Shown here in pieces: positions 54,201-64,000 of a stretch of 64,000 bases of DNA. The translations under genes were made by a program, and so were the position numbers. The notes beneath the pieces are model-generated. The model was not told the DNA's origin and ran no database searches. It saw nothing but the letters and a program-made list of their open reading frames with translations. The first letter of the stretch is position 1; the number at the start of each line of letters is the position of its first letter. Origin of the DNA: Nageia nagi (lineage: Eukaryota > Plantae > Pinophyta); contig JBITNC010000001.1 of NCBI GenBank assembly GCA_050084985.1, positions 102,424,001 through 102,488,000 of the forward strand, given 5' to 3'.

Positions 54201-55805
54201 CCTCTTTTGGTCACTTGTGGACATTAATATAATTTCTTTCTTTCTTTCTACGTAATTAAAAATATATCAAACACTCATACAAGTTTCATTCTTAACAAAA
54301 ATGGTTTTGAAATGTATTTACAAATTCGTTGAGTGATAAGCACTAAAAACAAGATGTCACAAAATGTTATTTCTCAATCATAATGGCTGCACATATGCCT
54401 TCATTTGGCAAAGTCATAGCTACCTTTTTGGGCATTTCCAAATGTCTGCCTTATGTTTTAAATTTTTTTTATTCCTCTTGAAAAATGTATATGTTGATAT
54501 CTCAAGTTACCAGAATGCTCCTCCCATTCTCATTTGTAGAGCCACTACATACTATTTAATTTGTCTAGTTTCTCGAACCCATGAGGCTTTTGGTGTGCTT
54601 CTCAACACATTGTCTCTAGTGCCACGAGATGAAAAATTGAGTAAAAAATCTGGAGAAGCCTATGTTTTTAAAGCTAATTACTCAACTGCTCTGTTAGAAG
54701 CTATAAGGCACTCTTATCAGAAAATACTTTTAATGATCATGTAGTCAATTCCAATGTTGTTAAACATAATATACTTGATATGAAATAAAAAGGCTTAACT
54801 AAAGGTAACGCTATGAAAGATGAAATACAAGAATGACTGAAGTGTATGGCCACTATTAAAGAAGAAGTCCAAGTTTGTGAAACCAGATTTAACCACTAAT
54901 AACTACATAGATAAACAAACTTGAAGCGCAAGAGAAAACCATTTAGCAACAACTACAAACTTGATAATGCAGCAAGGTGATAAAGTTGAGGATGGATGAT
55001 GAACTTGATAGATATGCTGACTGCAAATTCAAATTATATACAAAAATTATTAATCCAATGCCACTCACATGCTGGGCAAATACGTTGGATGTTCTCTAGA
55101 AAACGAGTGCCTGTATTGAATGGACCATAACATGGAAATTAAGAATGTGGGGCTTGATTTATAAACAAAAGTAGCTAATATGGAGAGATTTTTTAAACTT
55201 GGAAGGCAGTTGTTTGCAGACTCACTATATCGTAAAATCTCCTGCTTGTTTTTCTTCTTTCCAAGAGACAGTAGAAGACCCATAACAAAGTTGAGAACAA
55301 GAAAAGCAGCTGATTGTGAGGGATCTCAATTGGAGTATATGAAGTATGGCATTGACTCACTAGTTTATCCATTACAAATGTGTTTAATGATGTCCATTCT
55401 GGTTTCCCTCCCTTTTGGTTTCAATATATTATTCACCCAATTCATGGATCCTTCAAAACATGTTTTTACATATAAGAAAAAGTATTTGAGTTCCAAACAT
55501 TACCCATTTTTTTAAAATGTATTAGTTCTTATTATAAAATGAGGATGAAATGAAGGATTATTTAAGCACTATTTCTGATTCACGCTAGCTATTTGGGCTT
55601 CCAATTTCAGAGTTTTCTCAAAACATTTAAATATGTTTACTACTGTAACTCCATATTAATCATTTTTATAATTTTTGGTAAATATGCATCTACATCGTAT
55701 TGTACCCTAGGGTCCCTGAAAATCTCCTGAATCTACATGTATCTGCGTCATAGAAACTTAGGTGTTAACACAGTTTTGCATCTAGAATCCTCTACATGTA
55801 AGGAT

Positions 55806-55854
55806 TTCACAAACTTGGATTTCTACTATTAAAGAAGAAATCCAAGTTTGTGAA
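55806..55854. repeat. Perfect 19-bp inverted repeat with 11-nt loop in intron
   Basis: ttcacaaacttggatttct-actattaaaga-agaaatccaagtttgtgaa. Confidence 0.9.
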
Positions 55855-56989
55855 GCATCTAGAAAGATTCTTTTAGTGGAGAGAACAAGCTTTCTTCTTC
55901 TGGATCATTTAACAGCCCTATGCAATCCATTGCCATATATTCATGCCAGCATTACACTAGCATTCAACTTCCACAAGGACAATCAAATAGAAGAAGTCTA
56001 TTTCTATACTTATGGAATTGATCATTTAAGGTTATGATTTTGCAAGAACTAAACGTGTTGGAACAAAAAATATGTTGGCCCAGAAATAGGAATCATATAC
56101 AGATACAGATACATAGAGAAGCATAGGAAGTAAATAGAACAAAGAGAAATGAAGAGGGGTAGCAGTTAGGACATTCAGGCAGCAGCATCCAGCTTGCCTA
56201 TGCAGAGAATGCAAGATCCAATACATATCACCCAGATGTAGAAGGATGTAAGTGAAAAGTTATCCCCGCAATCCTCATAGAGCGGCTCCGCTTTAACATT
56301 ACAAAAATGATGCTGGAAAAATAATTTTAAGATAAACTGTCAGGTTGAAGTTGATCCGCTTTCACAATAAAATAGGCAGCATGAGCCAAGTTTGAACAAA
56401 TAACAGAAAGCACTAAATTTGCAACTCAATTTAGCAACAAAGACTGCACACGTGTAAGTGTAGCTAGAATATAGAAAAGCTTGAAGATTAAAGCCTTGGA
56501 AATTTGGAATCCCAGTTTTTTGGCATGTGTACTGATTTTGATGCAAAACAACACCAAATAGGAGATGACAAATAAAGCCTCTAAGGATGCAACGAAGCTA
56601 AGGGAAGCATAGAGAAGCTCGTTAAGATTTACAATCAGTTATGTGAAACTAAAGCAGGAATTTGCTTTACCATCCTCAAATTCACTGAGACAGAAAAGTA
56701 GCTCTCATAATCCATACCTGTAGTATCTAGGCATCAGATGCCAGCTGAAACAGCTCCTTGAACACCTCATTACTACCTTGTAATATATACTGGCAGGATA
56801 CCACCAATTTAGAAAGTGGAATAAATATATACTCACCAATTTATGATGATTTGGTCATATTCATAGTTACCAATAAAAACTGTGCCCACAATTAAAAGAA
56901 TGATTGGACAAAACTAATGCCTTTGTCAACCCTGTTTCAAATTTGAATTTGTAATGGTTTCAATTTTGTATGTAGCATTGTGATCAACC

Positions 56990-57237
56990 ATTATATGTGT
57001 TGTATATAGGAGTTAAGTTGATAAAATAAAGTCTCTCCATCCAACAGACTGGCGTGAGTATATAGTGGAAAATGCATATTTTATAGATGACCAATAAGGG
57101 TACAAATGTTGCATTTTAGTCAACAATTATATTTATTGTATATACATGTTGAGTCCAAACAATAATGGCTCTCCATCCACTAGGCTGTATTGAGTATAAT
57201 GATCAAAAATCATATTCTATAGATAACCAATAAAGAC
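56990..57237. repeat. Old ~137-bp tandem duplication
   Basis: Shared ttgtatata, ctctccatcca, tgagtata, catatt.tatagat.accaataa in two consecutive copies. Confidence 0.65.
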
Positions 57238-57575
57238 ATTCCCAATTTATCCAGATCTCTGCAATGTTTCTCGATATAGATGATTCTAGCTTCAGGTTCA
57301 GCATCCAGTACAGAGGTCGTGTGTAATATTTCTTTTTTGTGTATTTCCATGTAGAATTATGTAACTGTACGAGCACTCATCAAAAGAAAGACCAACTCAG
57401 GTATACGAATAAGACATAACAAAAATGAAATCCAGGATTGCCTGAGGAACTTGCAGAAAAACAAGATTACAGAAATATTCAGCTTATGTAGTAAAAATTA
57501 AGCAGAAAGCATTAAATTCTAATAAAAGAGTCGCAGTATTCATAAGCAGCTCCAATTTTGAAAAATAAAACATAC

Positions 57576-57765
57576 CCAGCATGTGTTGCAAGCTGTCCTA
57601 AACCACAGGTCGCTCCCAATTGGATATCTTCAGAGACCATTGGAGCAGCAGCTGGAACTTGCATGTCAGTTCCAGAAATTTCTAGTGCCAGCTCATAAAG
57701 TTGTTTAGCCAATGAAAAGTTTCTGCTGACATGAGCGAATTCTGCATATGACAATGCAACTGCAC
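57576..57765 (-). CDS. NDP1: NDP1-like exon
   Basis: ttttag|GTGCAG...GCTGG|gtatg; 190 nt; GAVALSYAEFAHVSRNFSLAKQLYELAL...IQLGATCGLGQLATHAG resembles recalled NDP1 ALSYGEYLHATGNFELAKEMY...AATFALGQLESHIG. Confidence 0.9.
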
Positions 57766-57938
57766 CTAAAACACAAAAAAAATTTAAAAGTCAGGTGTTC
57801 ATGTTATGGATTATTCTAATATTCACTAAAGTGTAACTTTGTTTTTAAAAATTGGTCACAGCTAAAATTCATTAAATGGGTACAATTATACTTAAGCCCT
57901 GAGCAGTTGAATATCTGTGTAACATAGAACATAATCAC

Positions 57939-57998
57939 CTAATCCATTTTTGTTCTGTTTTATATCATCTGCATTGAATCCTGCAAAGTGTGACTCAG
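57939..57998 (-). CDS. NDP1: NDP1-like exon
   Basis: ggcag|CTGAG...GATTAG|gtgatt; 60 nt; (A)ESHFAGFNADDIKQNKNGL; keeps frame between flanking exons. Confidence 0.8.
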
Positions 57999-58168
57999 CT
58001 GCCATAGAAATTGCATACAAAGTCATAATTCAAAGTTACGACCAACTATAATCCAAAGAAAACATTTTTAAAAAATCAGAAACAAGAAAACATGAAGCAT
58101 CTCAAAACAACTGTGACAAAACATTAAAAAACACAGTAGAAGCAACTATAATCTCTAAAACATTTAAC

Positions 58169-58319
58169 CTGAATCAAAACGTCCATTGGCAAGTTCAGCT
58201 AGTCCCTTAATAGCTTTTGCCCGCAACCTGAGTGCTTCCAATGTTTCCTTGTCCATTTTAACATCTGCACTCTCTAGTAAATGCAAACATTTATCCCCAT
58301 ATTGTGATGCTGTAGCATC
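58169..58319 (-). CDS. NDP1: TPR-like protein (NDP1-like), first visible internal exon; gene continues 5' beyond window
   Basis: ttgtttcag|GATGCT...GATTCAG|gttaaa; 151 nt; DATASQYGDKCLHLLESADVKMDKETLEALRLRAKAIKGLAELANGRFDS; phase 0 in, phase 1 out. Confidence 0.85.
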
Positions 58320-58979
58320 CTGAAACAATGGACCATGTTCAAAATTATATTAGAAGAAATGTCGCAAACTAGTTTGGGAACACATAGCGACCAAAGAAAT
58401 AAAATCTATTAACATTCTAATATGAAACTCCCTTAACAATAGTATTTGTCTAGGATCTAGATTAAACCCAAATTCATAAAGGCTTTACCCTTCAATTGCA
58501 ATTTTGGATATGTATTTAGAAATTTGACTTGCATAACTCCTAATACATGTTAAAGCACTATATAGTATATCCCATACCTATAACCTAATCCCATCCGTAA
58601 GCACTAGGATTCCTTCACATGCGGTCATGAAGATAAACTAATTCCATTTGGGAAAGTGAAAACAAGGATGAAATGGTACCCGCATCGCTAACCATCAATA
58701 GAAAAGATAATGGAGGCCAACAGTCATGTGGCTGAGGATAGAATTTAAGACTTAGAAATGAAAAGGTGAATTTCAAATGTTTTCATTTATTGAATCAATG
58801 CAGTTAATAAAATACATTTAATGTTTATTTGGCTATACCTCTTGAATATTGTATTAGAACTTTATATTATTATAATATATAAAATCTCTTTGATATAACT
58901 ATAAGAAATTGGAGCACACAACAAGATTCACTTTGTATTAGTCCATATAAATACGGAAATACATCACAAAAAAGTGAAA

Positions 58980-59147
58980 AATGAGTGAGTTTTCTTGTTT
59001 TTAACCTCCTAGTCTTCACCTGTCAAAAATCAGCAATTTTCCCATTGAGAATCGCGATTTTTTGAGGAATCGGAATCACAAATCAAGGCCTGGCGATCCT
59101 GATTCTGATCCAATTTTGGTGGTTAATCACCGATTCTGCTAACACTG
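58980..59147. mobile_element. Possible end of a hAT/MITE-like element
   Basis: Clustered gaatc(g)/cgatt subterminal motifs ending in aacactg (CAGTGTT-type TIR); partner end not found. Confidence 0.35.
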
Positions 59148-59231
59148 CTTTCAAATATTCTCTTATCTACAAGTGTCTGAAATCCTTATTCTTGGACAGT
59201 TACCAGCTGCAAGGTTTGAGATTCATCATAC

Positions 59232-60596
59232 TGTTATTCTCTAAGTGACATTGAAAGGGGGGGTCGCAGGGGGTGAAAGATTAAAACTTAGTTCTTTAAC
59301 TTTATCCTTTAAATGAGATAGTGCTTGTTTAAAACAACTAGAACAATCACCATAAGAATGCATCACATAACACGGGATATAACGAGGTTCACCAATGTGG
59401 CTACATCCTCGGGTAAAATTGTTTGGACTCCCATCCAAATCCAGCCAAATTAAAGCATGAACTTTACCACCAATTTCCCGGCACCAACTTTACCACCAAT
59501 TTCCCGGCACCAACCTGAAGGAGCACCAACTCCCTTGGCCAAGCACCAACTTGAAAAATTACAAAAGTAAGATTTTTGGCAAACTTGCCAACTTTGTTCT
59601 AGAAGACCCTCACTAGTCTAGCTCAGCCTTTTTCACTCCTGACTATCTCTGTTAGAAATATGCAATCAATCCTCATAGCCTCTACTCTTCCCTCATTGTC
59701 AATTTGTTCTTCAATGGCAGTCTGCTCATGCAATTACACTCAACTCCAGCATCTCCCCATCTCACTTTTCGTGCATTACAAAATTCCCATTTTATTTTCA
59801 TTACAAGTTTGTTTGTCTTCTTGGTATACCATACGAGAACAGCAATTGAATCATCTTCCTTGACTCTCAGTCCACAACCTCCTTAACTGCAGCTTATAAT
59901 TGTAAACTCTATATCCAGTATGAACAACCCAGATATTTGTTATAGATTGGAATGTCAACAACGGAATATGCATGTGTTTGTCCCTTTAGCTTCTCAGGTC
60001 TATGCATAAGGCTTGAACCTTCTGTACGAGCCAGTTAGACCTCCACATACAAGCCTCTTTGTTCGCATAAGTCTCTTTAGACACTATTTCGCATTAGTTC
60101 TCCAAGCTCTGCATAAGCCTAGCATATTCTGCATAAGCTTGTTTACTACCGCATGATGCCTCCAACATCTCTCCACACAAGTTTGTTCCTCACCGCATAA
60201 TCCCTTATACCACCACATACGGACTGTTGTCCACATAGGCCAGTGACTCTGCATAATGCATAAGATATGTGTCTTCCGCACTCCGCATAACACCAGTTCT
60301 CTCTGCATAAGGCATTTCCTCTCTGCATATTCACCTGCTAACATCATTGCCCAACGGTATCTTCTTCACCGCATAACACCATGATTGTCCGCATAACACT
60401 TTTGTTCTCCACGTAACATTTGTTTTGACTCGGCCTCTGTCTGCACAAGCCTGTCTCTACCATATAACAGTTGTTCTCACCGCATAAGGGTTGTTTTCAC
60501 CGCATAAGCCTTGTTTTGACCACATAACTTCTTTCTTACTCCGCATAGACATCCTTTGACAACAATGACAACACCAACACAAGCATATGGCCAACA
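59232..60596 (-). mobile_element. Solo LTR (1365 bp) with a dense ccgcataa motif array
   Basis: tgtt...aaca; perfect TSD catac/catac; 26-bp duplication at 59461-59512; >15 (c)cgcataa/tgcataa motifs at 60001-60550. Confidence 0.9.
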
Positions 60597-61521
60597 CATA
60601 CGTTTGGCTTTCTTGATCAACCAATCTTTTTCTTGAATTTCTTGAGTTGTTTGAATAACTTTCCATATTTGAAGGAGCTTCTTCAATATCCCTTTCATAA
60701 GATTCTTCACTTGGTTCTTCATCTTTATTTTCTAATTTCTTTAAAGAAATTGAATTTTTCCTTTTGGCTCTTTGGTGCTAATCTTTCACTTTGTCTCTTT
60801 TGAACTTCTCGAATGGCAGCCTTCTTTTTACGATTTTTCTTTTTCTTAGGAGTAGAAGGGTTGCACTAATTGGTAGTTTTTTTAAAAGAATACTTTGATT
60901 ATGGAATCAAAGCTTAGACCTAGAACTATCAAGATAGAGATTAGAAAAAATATTCATGTCACCATATTTGGACAATCGATTATATGAGTAGGTGTAAGCT
61001 ATTCTAAGCGTTAAAATCTTGTGTGTGAAGTCTTTATCCCATATAGATGAAAATCCCAACAATGGCACTATGACTGAAGGATCAACGTCGACGCCAAAAA
61101 ATCTTAGAACCAAGCCTCGCAACAAAGATCTATAGCAGTATGTAATGTCAACAAGACTAACCTAACTTATAATAGCAAAATAATGAATCACAAAGCTCAT
61201 ATGATAGCAAATATCCCAATCTTGATAGGCATTGTTAAAGAACACCTAGAGAGTTTGCATGGTCCTATAAAGGTAAGATCTAATAATCATCCAATGTGAA
61301 TGTTTCCTTCTTTTATAGGCAAGAGAATTCTAAAATGCATGTCAATAATCTAGCGTTGACGTCGGACTCTTGCACCACAAAAGAGGAAAATGACATGAGA
61401 TATTGTTTAAGTCAGCCCTATATGATAACATATTAAAATAGAAACAATTAAATAGTATATATCATCATTTAGATAAAGACAACTAATTTAAGCAAAGAAA
61501 TGCCTAAACTACATGTCAACA
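60597..61521 (-). mobile_element. Truncated LTR element: probable 5' LTR ~61102-61521, PBS-like tggcgtcgacgt, internal stub continuing at 59148-59231
   Basis: Minus-strand start tgttgacatg; TATA cctataaaaag; PBS-like motif at 61085-61096. Confidence 0.5.
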
Positions 61522-63700
61522 CTTTATGCCATGATGTTAGACGTGCTTCTTTCTCATAGAGTAGAGGAGGGGCACAAGGCCATGAGCCAAGCTAGGTTTT
61601 GACAAAACCACCAGACCATATATCATATCCTAATCCTTAGCGCCCTTATTGAGGAGGCATGTTCCATATCTTCAAGAGTCTATAGTTGCTTTGTTAAGTT
61701 AAAGAAAGCTTTTGACATAATACCTCAACATTTACTACTTCAAAGACTTCAATCGATTGGCATCTCTAGACAAGTTTTGACAACAATAGCATGGTTGTAT
61801 GTGACAATGACCAGACAGTTTCACTCTCCACTGAGGCTTTCAAACAACATTTTTAGCACCATAGGAGTGAAAAAGGTTTCCCCCTTTCTTCAACACTCTT
61901 TGGGACCTTCATAGACAAGCTTGAGTCTTTTATATGAGAGCACACACTTGCAAAGGATGGTTGCCTACTCCACAATGTATAGATTTCTATCCTCCTCTTT
62001 GTTGATGATATTGTACTTCTATCTTCAACCCTTGAGGGGCTTTATGTCATTTAGATGCATTATCCACTTTTTGTACCTTGAGACAATTGATATGAACCTA
62101 TCAAAGACCAAGGTTATAATGTCTAATACTACCAAGGAGGCTCTATCCCATTTCCACTTCCATCTTCAGGGCGAGAGATGGAGATCACCATATCCTATGC
62201 ATGCTTGGGAGTTCTCTTCACTAGAACCACCTTCTGGATGAAGCTTGTTACTCAGGCCCAAGTTTGTAAAGGGTATGCAACCCCTTCTTTGCTCAAGAGT
62301 TGTTTCAAAGCACATTTCCAAGATACTTTAGTGAAGATGAAAATCTTTGATGCCTTGGTCAAAACAACTATAACCTATGGGTCAAAGATATGGGGTGCTA
62401 TTATTGGCCCGACTAAATGGTCTCATATAAACACTTTTCCATCAAAGATTCATTTAATTCAAGGGCATGATCCCCATTCCATTATCTTGACAGAGTTTGG
62501 GGCATTACCTCTTCAGATTGAGATCATCTTCTCGATCATCACCTATCTACATAAGGTCCATACCTTGGGAGATATCCCTTTGGGATTTAGACAATACACT
62601 TACCTAGCTCTACACTCATTGATGGACCTCTCATCGATCCCATGGGGGGCTAAAGGAGTTGGTATTCCCAAGTCTCTACACTTCTGGCCATCATTCAGAT
62701 ATAGATTGATAAACTTCCCCCTTATTCCTTCGAAGGCCCTCATCACCTCTCATCTTTAGATAAGGAGAAGATACTCCACAAGATTCGAAACGATATTAGT
62801 CTCTAGTAAACCTATTGCACATGGATCTCTCCTACCACCACTCTCTCCCCCAAGTTGTCCTTCTATCACAAGCACTTTTTTCAAATATGAGATGGTTGGA
62901 TAGTCCCTCCATAGTACCTGCATCAGCTATGATACATAGCATATGGATCTTGATGGGACAATTTAAAGTGTGTTGCCACTAGCTTTGTGTTGGATCATAT
63001 CATCTATTAAGGGATGAGTGAATCTGCTTATTTTGCTCCTCGGGAGAAATAGAAACCTTACATAATTTTATTTTTCCTTGTCTCATCTACTATGAAATTT
63101 GAGGTAGATTCCATTGCCTTTTTAAGGGCAACTCATAATCTTTATCCATCTTCTTCAAATACCTAATCCAACAATGCCTTGCACTTTATATTAGGCAAAC
63201 AACTCAATTTTGTCAACAAAGGAGCTCTCCTCCAAGGGACTCTCGTCCCCCTCAATATCGACCCATCTCAACCTACTTAACCAGCTCTAATGAACAGATA
63301 GAAACATCAAACATGGAACCATTCAAATAGAGGAAGGGCCACTAGACACCACACACATGGACATTTGGGGCTTCAAATTAGTGAGAGGCAAATACAAATC
63401 ATCGACTTCTTCAAACTTGAATGTTAGGAGAGGCTTGTACATGGGGTCAAGGGCAAGCACCCCTTAGGACCGACACACTACACACAATTGGTTTGAAATG
63501 GATTGCAGCCCATCTGTCTCCTCTCTTCTTCCTTCTTTTTTTTTTGACCTGCTTCTTAGGTCACAACATTGTATTTATCTTTGTTCTTTCTTATGTTGGG
63601 TGCTTTGGACCACTTGTTGCTTCTTATTATTGTGTCCTTTTCACAATCCCTTGGATCATCTTTGGTCTCCCATGGATACTAATTATATTTCATTTCATTT
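61522..63700 (+). mobile_element. Decayed 5'-truncated LINE, same family/clade as 38040-54249
   Basis: SQARF..NHQTIYHI, CFVKLKKAFD, ISILLFVDDIVL, NLSKTKV, YACLGV, FDALVK..ITYGSKIWG, TEFGALPL; C-terminal CLFC...ETLHNFIFPC; tail atttcatttcattt. Confidence 0.88.
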
Positions 63701-64000
63701 ATCTTTACTTTATCCCAAAAACATTCACTTTATTGTATAAAGTTAATCCTTAGTCAACAATATCGTTGCTAATCTCACTTGCATCAGATTTGATTAGCTT
63801 ACATTGTCTCCAATAATCAACTACTTCTAAAAATGTGGAAGTTGTTATGTTTGCAGGTACTTTTTATTATTGAAAAATCGAAAGCCTCATATAGAATATC
63901 TCTATATGGTTGGGAATCTGGTTGAGTTGTTCTATCATATTATATGGTCTAGGGCCCTTTGGAAGCTCAACTCCTTCTATAGTAATTGGATTTATTGGAC

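Larger units (their letters stand above)
38040..54249 (+). mobile_element. Decayed LINE in two pieces (38040-38402 and 52589-54249), split by a 14.2-kb LTR insertion
   Basis: RT motifs FVNFMKAFDTIP and GVKQRYPFS before the break; (L)FVNDIAF after it; YTYLEV; C-terminal RVCRLC...ETKDHFIF; 3' tail (tttc)4. Confidence 0.85.
26862..57575 (-). other. 30.7-kb GT-AG intron of the NDP1-like gene, filled with nested TEs
   Basis: Phase-2 donor GCTGG|gtatg at 57575 joins acceptor tttcag|GAAG at 26862, giving continuous THAG-KFDEAE with no missing homologous segment. Confidence 0.85.

Noticed and set aside
54995-55020. C/D-box snoRNA (ggatgatga...ctga)
   Set aside because: Boxes only ~14 nt apart, on the strand opposite the host transcript, and no terminal stem.
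57-63753. Most 60-130 aa ORFs of the six-frame track as independent genes
   Set aside because: They lie in LTRs or antisense to TE pseudogenes or introns, often start at non-ATG codons and show no recognisable motifs; only those overlapping NDP1-like exons or TE domains are supported.

Overview
Eukaryotic plant nuclear DNA; the style (AT-rich, TE-saturated, giant introns) suggests a gymnosperm/conifer, which is inferred and not proven. There is one host gene, on the minus strand. Its last 8 coding exons (58319->25932, 288 aa + stop, all GT-AG, phases consistent) encode a TPR-like protein that I recognise as a homologue of Arabidopsis NDP1/At5g02130; the 5' exons lie beyond the window. One intron is 30,714 bp (26862-57575) and holds a nest of TEs that can be reconstructed from target-site duplications (TSDs): a short-LTR Copia derivative; a Copia remnant > hAT > solo LTR; and a LINE > non-autonomous Gypsy-type element > solo LTRs > further solo LTRs. 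Downstream of the gene (1-24 kb) are a decayed Ty1/Copia element carrying a nested gag-protease-only Gypsy element, a plant-mobile-domain pseudogene, and several LTR remnants. I see no RNA genes, CRISPR array or intact TE ORFs. The most notable signals are: (i) nested LTRs about 2.5x more diverged than their host's LTRs; (ii) two RT-less Gypsy derivatives with long unknown ORFs and a shared pre-PPT motif; (iii) LTRs carrying palindrome/spacer arrays and 183-bp plus 53-bp tandem arrays; (iv) RTE-X-like LINEs; (v) a perfect intronic hairpin with a second copy of one arm. Coordinates and divergence values were read and counted by hand, and no database search was possible.
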